Assembly (NCBI GenBank): GCA_965116905.1
Contig: OZ220732.1
Coordinates: forward strand, 96,001-160,000
Direction: 5' to 3'
Origin: Longimicrobiales bacterium
GTDB taxonomy: Bacteria; Gemmatimonadota; Gemmatimonadetes; Longimicrobiales; Gaopeijiaceae
DNA: 64,000 nucleotides
Shown here piece by piece: positions 8,461-17,923 of this stretch. Positions within the stretch are counted from its first letter, which is position 1. Each line of letters opens with the position of its first letter. Below the pieces are notes generated by a model, which had not been told where the DNA came from, did not search any database, and saw only the letters and a program-made list of their open reading frames with translations. A program made the position numbers and the translations under genes.

Positions 8461-9070
8461 ACCCGTAGGCGGCGCAGTTCTTCTCTTCGAAGGGGCCGTG
8501 GCCGGCCATGGTGTGCATCATGCCGCTGCGGGACATGCCGCGGATGACGATCGGGCCCGTCCACATGGTCGCGTCGGGGTCGAAGGCGGGTTCCAGCGTG
8601 ACAACCACCAGGAACTTGTTCCAGGCGACCTGGCCGGAGAAGCCTGCCGGGTCGGTCAGCTCGCCGGCCAGCGCGATCCGGTCCAGTTCGGGGGTGGTCG
8701 TCCACACCACGTAGGTACCGTCGCGGGCCGGGCCCAGACGCTCGAAGCGGACCGTGAAGTCGTACCGGTAGCTGCCGTCCTCGCCCAGCGCGACGCCGTA
8801 CGGCGAATGAGCGAAGGCGACCTCGCCGACGCCGGCGGCGTTGCCGGTACCGGGAACCCGCCTGGTGGAGACCATGGGGAACTGGTAGTACTCCGGGCCG
8901 GTGCTGGCGGCCGCGAACGCGCCGCAGACGCCGACGCCCCCCGCCACCTCGGCCGGCGAGTCGGCCACCCGCGGGCCACCTTCGGCGTTCCGGACGGGCG
9001 CCGCGACGACGAGCAGCGCCGCCAGCGCCGCGAATCCTCCCGGTGCCCCGGGTCCGGTCATCGTCATCAT
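8453..9070 (-). CDS. Exported hypothetical protein with C-terminal Met/His cluster
   Basis: Signal-like N-terminus; GMSRSGMMHTMAGHGPF; overlaps the oxidase start. Confidence 0.7.
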   Translation of the reverse strand: MMTMTGPGAPGGFAALAALLVVAAPVRNAEGGPRVADSPAEVAGGVGVCGAFAAASTGPEYYQFPMVSTRRVPGTGNAAGVGEVAFAHSPYGVALGEDGSYRYDFTVRFERLGPARDGTYVVWTTTPELDRIALAGELTDPAGFSGQVAWNKFLVVVTLEPAFDPDATMWTGPIVIRGMSRSGMMHTMAGHGPFEEKNCAAYGYE

Positions 9071-9089
9071 CCTGCTCCTGCCCCGCCGG

Positions 9090-10436
9090 TCAGCTCACGG
9101 GCCGGCGGATCGGACCGCGGTCCCAGTCCTGCACCGACGAGATGTTGGGCACGCCCCAGTCCTCGCCGTTCCAGCCGCTGAAGCCGTCCATGCGGAAGGT
9201 CCAGAGGCCGGTGGACATGTCGCTGACGACGATCAGGCCGTCGGCGTTGCGGACGTCGACCCCGAAGGCGCCGTTGAAGACGGGGGTGCGGTCACGGTTG
9301 GGCGGGCCGACGTAGGTGTCGTAGAAGCCGACCGTGACCGGGTTTTCGGGGTCCATGAGCGAGAAGATCTGCAGGCCGTCGAGGTAGCCCGAGGCGAAGA
9401 CGTAGGGCCAGCGGACCTCGTGGTTGTGGACCAGGTTCTGCCAGTCGGCGGTCCAGGCCGAGATGGGGGAGCGGATGTTGGTCACTTCGCCGTCGAGGGC
9501 GGGCTGGAGGTCGAAGATGCGGATCGGCGCGTACTGGTACTCGGTCTCGGCGACCACGTAGCGGCCGTCGGGGCTCGGGGTGAACGTGTGCCCGCCGCGC
9601 ACGCCGCTGACGCCCACCAGCGTGATCCTGAGCTCGGGGTTCTCGACGTCCGTGACGTCGTAGATGTAGTACCCGCCCGAGCCGCCGCCGTAGAACCGGT
9701 CCTCGCCGGTGTCGGGGTGGTATCCGACGTAGAAGTCGTGGTATCCGCGCCCGCCGCGGTTGAATTCGGTCTCGGGTACCGGCACCCGGCCGACGAGAGC
9801 GTTCTCAAGGTCGCCCTCGACCACCCGGCCGAGGTCGTAGACGTGGGCGAAGGGCCCGCTTACGGTCGAGAAGAGGAGAACCCGCGCGTCGGAGTGCTTG
9901 TAGACGAAAATGTTGTGGAACCCGCCCGGCAGGTCGGGCTCGCGGATCCGGGCCACCTCGCGGACGGTGGACGGATCGGGCAGGCCCGTGACGTCGAGCA
10001 CCACCGCGCCCATGTCGGTGTTGGGGCCGCCCTGTCCGAACTGCAGCGACTGCACCACGTAGTAGCGGTCGCCGATCTTGAAGTGCTTCACGTCCATGCC
10101 GCCGGTGCGCATGTGGAGGTCCTGGTTCTCGATCCTCCACTCGTAGATCACCTCGGGGTGCTCCGGGTCGGCGATCGAGACGATGTCGAGTCCCTTGGGG
10201 CCGACGTCGCCGTAGACCATCCGCGCGACGTACGCGTAGGGGCGGTCCAGCTCCTGCTCGATGTCCATGTCGGCCACCGACAGGCGCGGCCCCAGGGGGA
10301 TGTGCCCCAGGATGTCCATGTTGTCGCTGCCCGGCTTGGACGCCGTCCACTGGGCGTGGGCGGGCGGGGCCAGCGCGGAGAGGCCGGCAAGCAGGAAAAC
10401 AGCGGCGGTGAGTGCAGGGAGCGGACGACGGGACAT
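9090..10436 (-). CDS. LVIVD-repeat / choice-of-anchor B-like secreted beta-propeller protein
   Basis: Signal peptide; repeats GLDIVSIADPEHP, AVVLDVTG, YYIYDVTDVENP, GLQIFSLMDPENP; His motifs HN, HD, HT, HN; GGAGG RBS. Confidence 0.85.
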   Translation of the reverse strand: MSRRPLPALTAAVFLLAGLSALAPPAHAQWTASKPGSDNMDILGHIPLGPRLSVADMDIEQELDRPYAYVARMVYGDVGPKGLDIVSIADPEHPEVIYEWRIENQDLHMRTGGMDVKHFKIGDRYYVVQSLQFGQGGPNTDMGAVVLDVTGLPDPSTVREVARIREPDLPGGFHNIFVYKHSDARVLLFSTVSGPFAHVYDLGRVVEGDLENALVGRVPVPETEFNRGGRGYHDFYVGYHPDTGEDRFYGGGSGGYYIYDVTDVENPELRITLVGVSGVRGGHTFTPSPDGRYVVAETEYQYAPIRIFDLQPALDGEVTNIRSPISAWTADWQNLVHNHEVRWPYVFASGYLDGLQIFSLMDPENPVTVGFYDTYVGPPNRDRTPVFNGAFGVDVRNADGLIVVSDMSTGLWTFRMDGFSGWNGEDWGVPNISSVQDWDRGPIRRPVS

Positions 10437-10525
10437 GGCCTCAACCTCCAGGGAATTGGATCTCGCGTTGCAATCGGGTGCGTTGGTGAAAACTACGGGA
10501 GAGTGAGCGGGCGGAACAAGGAAGG

Positions 10526-11698
10526 CTAGCTCCCTACGATCTCCACCAGTTCCCGCAACCCGATCACTTCGATGCCGTCGCTGACAGGATATCGGTCATT
10601 CCCGGACCCGACCAGGTAGGTGCGGCTGGCCATGAGGTCCTTACGCGCGTGGTGGAGCCCCCGGCTGGGCGTGGGGGCCAGCCCGAGCTTGATCTCGATC
10701 GCCCATGGAGCTTCCTCACCGGGCAGACGGAGGACCAGATCCACTTCGGCGCCCGCCCGAGTCCGGTAGAACCCGGCGTGCGTTCCCGGAGGCGCGACCC
10801 CCAGCAGGTTCTCGATCACGAAGCCCTCCCAGCTGGAACCCGCGACGGGATGACCGGCCAGGGCATTGTAGTCGCGGATCTCGAGGAGAGCGTGCACCAG
10901 TCCGCTGTCTCGCACGTACACCTTCGGGGTCTTGATCAGGCGCTTCCGGACGTTTGTGCGGAATGGTTGCAGGCGACGGACCAGAAGGAGATCGACAAGC
11001 AGATCCACGTACCGTGAAATCGTGGAAGAACTGACCCCCAGGCTCCCTGCCAGCTTCGATGAGTTGAGCAGGCTGCCCTGGCTGTGGGCCAGCATCCGCC
11101 AGAGCCGTTCGATGGTTTCGGCGGGGAGCCGGACGCCAGCGAGGTCGGCGATGTCCCGGTGCAGGTACGTCTGGATGAAGTTTCGGCGAAACGCGGTGCT
11201 GTCCGCATCCGTCGCCGCCAGCAGGCTGTCGGGGAATCCCCCGCGGACCCAAAGGGAAAGGAGCGGCGGCGGTTCGTGCTCGATCTCCACAAGGTTGACG
11301 GGATTGAGACGGACGAACTCGATTCTCCCGGCCAGGGATTCCGACGACTGCCTGAGAAGGTCGATCGAGGCGGAACCCAGGATCAGGAATCGCCCGGTTC
11401 GCCGACCCCTCCGGCGCCCACGGTCGATCAGCCCACGCAAATCGCCAAACAGCTCCGGCGCCCGGTGGATCTCGTCGAGCACGACGAGGCGGTCCTCGAA
11501 CTGGCCAAGAAACAGATTCGGATCGGAAAGCTTGGCGCGATCGGTGCTGGACTCGAGGTCCAGATACAGGGCCTCTCGGGTTGCCGCGATTTCCAGGGCC
11601 AGTGTGGTCTTGCCGACCTGCCTGGGGCCGATCAGACCGACCGCAGCCTGGCGATCCAGTGCCGTCGTAACCGCCGAGAACGCAATTCTTGGTATCAT
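10526..11698 (-). CDS. AAA_14 ATPase with DUF4143 C-terminal domain
   Basis: GPRQVGKTT Walker A, LDEIH Walker B, LGSAS, GGFP, KxPKVYVRDSGL, EVDLV...IEIK. Confidence 0.92.
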   Translation of the reverse strand: MIPRIAFSAVTTALDRQAAVGLIGPRQVGKTTLALEIAATREALYLDLESSTDRAKLSDPNLFLGQFEDRLVVLDEIHRAPELFGDLRGLIDRGRRRGRRTGRFLILGSASIDLLRQSSESLAGRIEFVRLNPVNLVEIEHEPPPLLSLWVRGGFPDSLLAATDADSTAFRRNFIQTYLHRDIADLAGVRLPAETIERLWRMLAHSQGSLLNSSKLAGSLGVSSSTISRYVDLLVDLLLVRRLQPFRTNVRKRLIKTPKVYVRDSGLVHALLEIRDYNALAGHPVAGSSWEGFVIENLLGVAPPGTHAGFYRTRAGAEVDLVLRLPGEEAPWAIEIKLGLAPTPSRGLHHARKDLMASRTYLVGSGNDRYPVSDGIEVIGLRELVEIVGS

Positions 11699-11735
11699 CC
11701 TTGCTAATTTAGTATGGCATGCGTGATTAGCAAGG
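11699..11735. promoter_or_regulatory. Perfect 10-bp inverted repeat directly upstream of the ATPase start (putative operator)
   Basis: CCTTGCTAAT-N17-ATTAGCAAGG. Confidence 0.6.
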
Positions 11736-11740
11736 TTATA

Positions 11741-12337
11741 TCACCAAGGCAGCCGCTGCACCGCCATCCAGGCCGCCATGCCTCCGGTCACGGCCGACAG
11801 CACGACATTCCACCCCTTCTCCGACAGCGGCAGACTGCGCGTGGCCCCCAGCGCCAGCACCAGCACCGCCCCCGCAACCACGATCTGCCCGAGTTCGAGG
11901 CCGATGTTGAACGACAGCAGGGGCAGCAGCAGGTTGCGCTCCTCGCCCAGCACCAGGCGAAGGAAGCTGGAGAAGCCGAGGCCGTGGATGACGCCGAAGA
12001 CCAGGGCGAGCACATAGCGGGCGGGGCGCGCCGCGACCCGGTGCTCGGACGGATCCTCGCGCCGCACCGCCACAAGATTCGTCACCGCCGCGGCCACGAT
12101 CGTCACCGGGATCAGGAACTCCACGAGCCCCGTGTCGACCCGCACCAGCCGCAGCGTCGCCAGCGCCAGCGACACCGAATGCCCGACCGTGAAAGCGGTC
12201 ACCAGCACGAGCAGCTCGCGCCAGCGCGCCAGCGAATACGCCGCGCAGAGCGCCGCCAGGAAGAGGATGTGGTCGTACCCCTGGAGGTCGAGCAGGTGCT
12301 CGAAACCGAGGCGGAGATAGACGGTGAAGGTGGTCAT
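11741..12337 (-). CDS. HupE/UreJ family membrane protein
   Basis: LGFEHLLD..GYDHILFL, AFTVGHSVSL, FGVIHGLGF, FNIGLELGQ. Confidence 0.92.
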   Translation of the reverse strand: MTTFTVYLRLGFEHLLDLQGYDHILFLAALCAAYSLARWRELLVLVTAFTVGHSVSLALATLRLVRVDTGLVEFLIPVTIVAAAVTNLVAVRREDPSEHRVAARPARYVLALVFGVIHGLGFSSFLRLVLGEERNLLLPLLSFNIGLELGQIVVAGAVLVLALGATRSLPLSEKGWNVVLSAVTGGMAAWMAVQRLPW

Positions 12338-13758
12338 GGGTCAGCGGTGGCAGGTGCGGTGCGGGTGCTGCGGCGGGAGGCGGCCCGGCGCCCGCGCGCG
12401 GCCCTTGCGGCGGCCCAGATCGCGCACCAGGCCAGCCATGACACGCGTTCGCGGAGTGTGAGGGTGCAGAAGTGCGACCACAACAGCAACGGGACGGTGG
12501 CCGCCAGCTTGACCGCCGACCCCTCGTGGTACGGCATCGTGCGTTCCACGACCGTCACCGCGCGGCGGCGCTCCCCGTGCAGCACCTCCTCGATCGCGCT
12601 GCCGAGTTCGTCCGGCGACATGTGGGGCCAGCCCGGGAGCCGCATCACGCTCCAGGCCGCGACGGCACGCCCCCATCCGTGGTTGTTCGAGCCGGCCACC
12701 ACGGCCAGATCCATGCTGTCGGCCAGAGCGAGGATCTCTTCCCGCTCGGCACGGCCCTGCTCGAGGCCGCGCGGCGCCCCGTCGCCGAGCTCCACGCCGA
12801 TCACGCCGGCCGGCGAGCCGGGCCCAAACGGCACGATCCGGTCGAGCGGGCCGGGGATCGTGTATAGCATGGTGGCGGGCCGGGCGCCGCGGTCGTGCGC
12901 GGCCGCGATCGAGTCCGGGTCGAGGTGGTGCCAGGTGCCGTCCAGCGCGAAGGCGTAGCGCGCGCGGTCCCCCAGGATGTTCGTGTGGCCGTCGCGCAGC
13001 CGCACCTCCATGCCGCTCAGCAGGACGGTGCGTCCGCCAGCGCGCCCGCCGGTACGCCCGCCCGCGAGCTCTGGGTTGGCGGGCAGGGCCTCGGCCACGC
13101 CCGCCCAGGTGTAGTGATCGGTGACGTAGGCCGCGTGGAAGCCGCCGGCCTCGTGCCACGCGCGGTTCCGGGCCGCCGTGAAGCGCGACCACCCGTCGTG
13201 GGAATGGTTGGTGTGCGAATGGAAGTCCACCGCGACGAGGTCGGGCGATGCCAGCCGGATCGCGGCCATGGGGCGCGGGACGAGAGCGGCCGCCGCGTAA
13301 AAGGCGAGCAGGGCGGCAAGGGCGGCTGCGGCGAGGAGGGCTTCCCGGATGAGGCGGCGGGGGAGCGGGGTGCGGGGGGCGGGGGTGCGGGGGGCGGGTG
13401 TGGGGGGGGCGGGGGTGCGCCGGGGCTGGGCCGCGCCGGGTTGGCGGGCCAGACCTGGTGGCCGGCGGCCAGGGGCACCCGCCGCGACGAGGCGGCCGGC
13501 CGCGTACAGCGCGATCAGGGTCGTCAGAACAGCGTAGTGCTGGCTGACCGTGAGCAGGGTCAGCGTGTCCCAGAGGCCGAAGAGGGGTGCGCCGAGGAGG
13601 TAGCCGGGCGGGTGGTGGAGGGTGGCGGGGGGGAAGGGTTGGAGGGTGGCGGCGTCGCGCAGCGCGGGAACCGCGAAGAGCGTGGAGAACACAACGAGGG
13701 CCGCGACCAGGAAGGGGCCGCGGAAACGTCGCACAGGCTTGCCGACCACGCGCTTCAT
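12334..13758 (-). CDS. Membrane-anchored PHP-domain metallo-hydrolase
   Basis: DFHSHTNHSHDG, VTDH, GMEV, GSNNHG; N- and C-terminal TMs; ATGA overlaps with both neighbours. Confidence 0.8.
   Translation of the reverse strand: MKRVVGKPVRRFRGPFLVAALVVFSTLFAVPALRDAATLQPFPPATLHHPPGYLLGAPLFGLWDTLTLLTVSQHYAVLTTLIALYAAGRLVAAGAPGRRPPGLARQPGAAQPRRTPAPPTPAPRTPAPRTPLPRRLIREALLAAAALAALLAFYAAAALVPRPMAAIRLASPDLVAVDFHSHTNHSHDGWSRFTAARNRAWHEAGGFHAAYVTDHYTWAGVAEALPANPELAGGRTGGRAGGRTVLLSGMEVRLRDGHTNILGDRARYAFALDGTWHHLDPDSIAAAHDRGARPATMLYTIPGPLDRIVPFGPGSPAGVIGVELGDGAPRGLEQGRAEREEILALADSMDLAVVAGSNNHGWGRAVAAWSVMRLPGWPHMSPDELGSAIEEVLHGERRRAVTVVERTMPYHEGSAVKLAATVPLLLWSHFCTLTLRERVSWLAWCAIWAAARAARGRRAASRRSTRTAPATADP
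13359..13420. repeat. G-rich 15-bp tandem repeat encoding a TPAPR/TPAPP linker
   Basis: GGGGTGCGGGGGGCG-like units on the + strand. Confidence 0.75.
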
Positions 13759-15050
13759 CGCACCGTGGTCGCCAGTCGCGACGCGCGTTCGCCGACGAGT
13801 TCGGCCTGGCTCACAAGAGCCTCTTCGCCGATTCCCGGGAGCGCGAGTTCCTCCGCCACTGCCCTGGCTCGCCGGCTCGCCAGATCACACAACTCCCGCA
13901 CTCGTCGCCGGACAAAGGGCGGTGCCATGCCGCACCGTCTGGCGAACCGGTCCCAATCGATTCGGCGCAACTCTGCCAGCGTACGGCGACCCGCGATGTT
14001 CATCGCGAACCTTGGCGTATAACGTGGATAGGCAACGGTCGACAGCAGGTCGTAGAGCGGTGCCAGTCCTACCTCGCCCTCCGGTCCTCTGAGGAGACTG
14101 TAGTTCTTGCCGTGGGCATCCGCGTTGCCCAGCAACACGTGAACGATCGCTGCATCGAGCAACCCGAGCACAGCAACCGCGGGACGGGTACACACCCTTC
14201 GCACCAGATCGAAGCACTCCGGGAATCCGGGCCCGCCGTCCGAGGCATACTTCCTCTGGGGTACAAACCCGAGAGCCTGGCAGAAGTCCTCCTGGTGGAG
14301 CCGTTCCACCGTGCCATCCGGAGCGGTTCGCCGGTCGTAGCGTTCCACCAGCAGGTAGGTGCTGTCCGCCACAACCGCGGGTCGCACCGGTGCGACCTTC
14401 AATCCCATCCGTGACGCAAGGCGCATCGCGAACGCCTCGTTTTCGGTGGGATGGTCGAGGCCGGGGATTGGCGGCTTCAGGATGTGCGTGGTGGGCTGGC
14501 CAGGGACGGGAAGGGCGACACGCTCATCGGCCAGCACGACCGGAAGTTTGGATTGGGCTCCGGCCAGTGACATCCGCAAGCCTTCCCCCGGGGCGTCTGC
14601 CAGCCCCTCGTATTCCTGTCCGAGGCCGGCGAGAAACGGCCGCGTGCGGATCGTCTCCAGGAGAAGCAGCAGCTCGTCGTCCAGGAGTGGCACGGGCTCG
14701 GATTCCGCCGGAGCCTCGGGCGGTTCCTCGTTGTCAGACAGCAGGGTGAGTGCACCCGCCAACTCTGCACCCAATCCGGCCAGAATGCGGAAGGTGTTGG
14801 TAGGCGAAACCCCGAGTGCGACGGCAACGGCATCGCGTTGCGCGCCTTCAGGCAAGAGCCCCTCGAAAAACGGCAGGCAAAGCCGCGTACTGAAGCTCTC
14901 CGGTCGCTTGGGCAAGGAGAACGAAATGGGCGGCGCCGACCCGTCTTCGATCCACCCGCTGTCGTAGGTGAAACGCATCGCGCCATGTCGATCCAAAGCG
15001 AGTCGGCCGACTGTCGTCCCGGCCCACCAGACGGTCAGCGATCGACTCAC
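13755..15050 (-). CDS. hipA: HipA-family Ser/Thr kinase toxin
   Basis: GTG at 15050 overlaps the hipB stop; FFEGLLPEG, SLAGAQSKL, HILKP, HQEDFCQALG, GNADAHGKNYS, LAPLYDL. Confidence 0.95.
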   Translation of the reverse strand: MSRSLTVWWAGTTVGRLALDRHGAMRFTYDSGWIEDGSAPPISFSLPKRPESFSTRLCLPFFEGLLPEGAQRDAVAVALGVSPTNTFRILAGLGAELAGALTLLSDNEEPPEAPAESEPVPLLDDELLLLLETIRTRPFLAGLGQEYEGLADAPGEGLRMSLAGAQSKLPVVLADERVALPVPGQPTTHILKPPIPGLDHPTENEAFAMRLASRMGLKVAPVRPAVVADSTYLLVERYDRRTAPDGTVERLHQEDFCQALGFVPQRKYASDGGPGFPECFDLVRRVCTRPAVAVLGLLDAAIVHVLLGNADAHGKNYSLLRGPEGEVGLAPLYDLLSTVAYPRYTPRFAMNIAGRRTLAELRRIDWDRFARRCGMAPPFVRRRVRELCDLASRRARAVAEELALPGIGEEALVSQAELVGERASRLATTVR

Positions 15051-15349
15051 TCGGACGACCACGCCGGTCGCCGGCCGGCACCGGTCGGGGCCACCGATCG
15101 ATGCCCGGCCTCCTCACTTGACGCTGCCGCGGCCGATTCCGCCTCGACCCGGGGCATCTCAACGCGCAAAGTGCAACCGAGCGCATCGAGCACGGTGATG
15201 ACTTTCTCAAGCCGAACCGTCGTCTTGCCCCGCTCCAGCTCGGACAGGAATCGGACCCCCACCCCTGCGGCGCCGGCCAACTGATCCTGACGGAGGCCCT
15301 GTGCCCGTCTGGCAGCCCGTACGATGCGTCCGATTTCCGCAGGCGTCAT
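15047..15349 (-). CDS. hipB: HipB-like HTH antitoxin (y4mF family)
   Basis: MTPAEIGRIVRAARRAQGLRQDQLAGAAGVGVRFLSELERGK Xre/Cro HTH directly upstream of hipA. Confidence 0.9.
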   Translation of the reverse strand: MTPAEIGRIVRAARRAQGLRQDQLAGAAGVGVRFLSELERGKTTVRLEKVITVLDALGCTLRVEMPRVEAESAAAASSEEAGHRSVAPTGAGRRPAWSSE

Positions 15350-15360
15350 TTGGTAGGTCC

Positions 15361-15477
15361 TTTCCCGAACGGGAAAGATTGTTGCGCTGATAGCCCAAGT
15401 CAACCCTGAGGTTTCCCGAACGGGAAAACCCTACCGGCGACTCGGCGAATCACAGCCGGACTTGCCCGAACGGGAAA
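15361..15477. promoter_or_regulatory. Three palindromic operators TTTCCCG-AA-CGGGAAA (putative HipB sites)
   Basis: Copies at 15361-15376, 15412-15427 and 15462-15477 (third has one mismatch); spacing 51 and 50 bp. Confidence 0.8.
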
Positions 15478-15564
15478 ACCGGCTCGCTCGACCTCCGATG
15501 GCCTCCTCGGCCTCCTCGGCCTCCTGGTGGTCGGAAGCCTCCGGCAATCGGCCCCCGCTCCCTC

Positions 15565-17820
15565 TCACCTCGCAAACGTATGCGAGTACTTCACCAGCAG
15601 CGCCCGTCCGGATGACAGGGGGCGACGCGGGCCCAGCCCGTCGTCGCGCACGTTGTTGAAGCCCTCGTTGTACACGATCCAGAGGTCGGTGCCCTCGCGG
15701 AAGTGATAGCGGAAGCGCACGTTCAGGCTCGTCTGGTCGGTGGCGCCGTTGTACTGGCCGAAGGTGCTCATCGACACCTTGGGGTTCAGCGCCGTCTTGA
15801 CTCTCAGGCTTCCCAGCTGGGCGGTGGTGGCGACCCTCCGGTCGGCGAAGTTCAGGCGGTTGACCTCGTAGCCCGCCTCCAGTTCCAGGTATTTCGACAC
15901 GACCCAGACGGGCTTCAGCGACAGCCTGACCCGGGTGCCGTCGTAGAAGCTTCCCACCGAGGCCTCGAAGTCGCCCCTGAGGAGGTCGCTGCGCGGGAAT
16001 CTGAGCGTGGAGGTCAGTTCGTGGAACCAGTACTCGCCCGCCGGAATCACCACGTCCGAGATCGGGAACGCATGTTGCACGCTCTCGAAGCTCGACAGCG
16101 TCCCCAGGGTCAGGTTGGACCCGTCCCGGAAATCGAACTCGAGCTCCGGCTTGATCTCGCGGGACTCGGCCGTCCGGTCCGCGTTGCGGAAGTACTGGGC
16201 CGTGCTGATCTGGAGCGCGCGAGCGAGGAGCGGCGATGAGTCGTCCCGCAACTGCCGGTAGCGCAGCTGGGCGCCCCCGTAGGTGAAGTCCTTTCGCAGC
16301 TGAAACCCCAGGCCCGGCAGGTAGTCCTCGCCAACCCGGATCCCCTCGGCGTAGTACGAGAACCCCTCGTCGCGGCGTCGCTCCAGACGGACCCGCCCGA
16401 GGCCCGACTCCAGCCCGCCCGCCTGATCGGCCGCTTCGTCGAAGGTGTGGGCCCACTGGACGATCAGGTATTCGTAGCCGAACCACCGTATGACGGCGTC
16501 AAGGCCGAAGGCGGTGTTGTTGCGCCCGGATGACCCGAGGCGCGTGGTCAGCATCCCGCCGACGCTCGAAAAGTCGTCGATGACCTGCTGGCGCAGCCGA
16601 AACACGCCGACGTTTTCGGACGACAGGTCGCCGTGCGCGGCGGTCTGCATGCTCAGGAAGCCGAAGTCGGTTCCGGCCCAGCGCCCCACGGCCCGCGCTC
16701 CCCCGTAGATGCGCACGATCTCGCCCTGGTCCAGCCCGATCCGGCGGCTGTGGAAGAGCCGGTTGAACATCCCGCCCGTGTTGAAGTCGAAGGTCGAGGC
16801 ACGCTCCTGGAAGAACTGCCGCTTCTCGGGGAAAAACAGCGCGAAGCGGGTCAGGTTGATCTGCTGGTCGTCGGCCTCGACCTGCGCGAAGTCGGTGTTG
16901 AGGGTGAGGTCGAGCGCGAGGTTCGAGGTGGGCGAGTACTTCAGGTCGAGCCCCGCCTCGGTGGTGGGATCGCGCTCGCTCCGCCATTCGGCCCGCGGCA
17001 CGTCCGGCGGCTCGGCGAGCACCGGATTCTGCTTGAAGCCGCCAAGCGTAAACGGGGTCAGGTACACCGGCGCGGACTGTTGCACATCGCGGAGCACTAC
17101 GCGCTGCGCTCGCGACGGCTTGGCGAACCCCAGACGTCCCCACCTGGGCTCGATCGGCGGAAAGGTCTGACGCTCGTTCTTGCGGGCCACCGCGCGGTAG
17201 AGGATCAGCCCCATCTCCACCTCGTTCCCGGTGACCTGGAAGCCCAGCGTCGAGAACGGAATCCGGAACTCGGCGAACCACCCCTCTTCGGTCTGCGTGG
17301 TGACCACGTCCCAGTAGGAATTCCAGTCCCAGCTCATCGGCATGCCGTTGGTGAACTCGGCGTCGTTCGAGATCGTCCGGTCCTGGCGCACCCCCGACGG
17401 GTTCACGGTGAACCAGACCGCGGTCTCGTAGTCGTTGTAGCTGTCGATGATCACCGACAGGATGTCATCGCCGCTGTACTGGTCGCGGTAGAACGTCCCC
17501 GTTCGGATGCCGTCGGGGTCGGAGTCCCACATCCGTCCCGCGACGTAGAGGTAGCTGTCGTCGTGCGCCACCCACACCTCCGTCCGCTCCGTGAGCGCCC
17601 CGCCGAAGTTGGGCTGGTACATGTACATGTCGAATGGCGCGAGTTCGTCCCACGCCGCCTCGTCCACGACGCCGTCCAGCACGATCTCGCCCGGAAGGCG
17701 GGGAATCGTGATCGGGGAGTCGGGTGAGTGTTGCAGAGGGCGGAGTTGGCCGTGAAGGCCGCCCGTCGTCGCGAGGACTGCGACCAGGCCTGCGCCCGTC
17801 AGGAGGGAGCTTCGAGTCAT
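15565..17820 (-). CDS. CBM9-like plus DUF5916 outer-membrane protein
   Basis: Start set to MTRSSLL (signal peptide); IVLDGVVDEAAW, WFAEFRIPFSTL, LNTDFAQVEADDQQINLTRFALFFPEKRQFFQE. Confidence 0.85.
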   Translation of the reverse strand: MTRSSLLTGAGLVAVLATTGGLHGQLRPLQHSPDSPITIPRLPGEIVLDGVVDEAAWDELAPFDMYMYQPNFGGALTERTEVWVAHDDSYLYVAGRMWDSDPDGIRTGTFYRDQYSGDDILSVIIDSYNDYETAVWFTVNPSGVRQDRTISNDAEFTNGMPMSWDWNSYWDVVTTQTEEGWFAEFRIPFSTLGFQVTGNEVEMGLILYRAVARKNERQTFPPIEPRWGRLGFAKPSRAQRVVLRDVQQSAPVYLTPFTLGGFKQNPVLAEPPDVPRAEWRSERDPTTEAGLDLKYSPTSNLALDLTLNTDFAQVEADDQQINLTRFALFFPEKRQFFQERASTFDFNTGGMFNRLFHSRRIGLDQGEIVRIYGGARAVGRWAGTDFGFLSMQTAAHGDLSSENVGVFRLRQQVIDDFSSVGGMLTTRLGSSGRNNTAFGLDAVIRWFGYEYLIVQWAHTFDEAADQAGGLESGLGRVRLERRRDEGFSYYAEGIRVGEDYLPGLGFQLRKDFTYGGAQLRYRQLRDDSSPLLARALQISTAQYFRNADRTAESREIKPELEFDFRDGSNLTLGTLSSFESVQHAFPISDVVIPAGEYWFHELTSTLRFPRSDLLRGDFEASVGSFYDGTRVRLSLKPVWVVSKYLELEAGYEVNRLNFADRRVATTAQLGSLRVKTALNPKVSMSTFGQYNGATDQTSLNVRFRYHFREGTDLWIVYNEGFNNVRDDGLGPRRPLSSGRALLVKYSHTFAR

Positions 17821-17923
17821 TGTCGCGTGTGGCTGACCGCCCTGGGGGTCGGGGTTGGCGCGGCGACGCGTGGGACCGGTCGGCCCCGAAGAACGCTTCC
17901 GCGCACTTGTGATAACATACCTC

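Noticed and set aside
15361..15477. Regularly spaced repeats as a possible mini-CRISPR array
   Set aside because: Only three short palindromic units, no cas genes, and they sit in the hipBA promoter; better explained as operators.
15500..15526. 9-bp repeat GGCCTCCTC x3
   Set aside because: Short intergenic low-complexity repeat with no supportable function.
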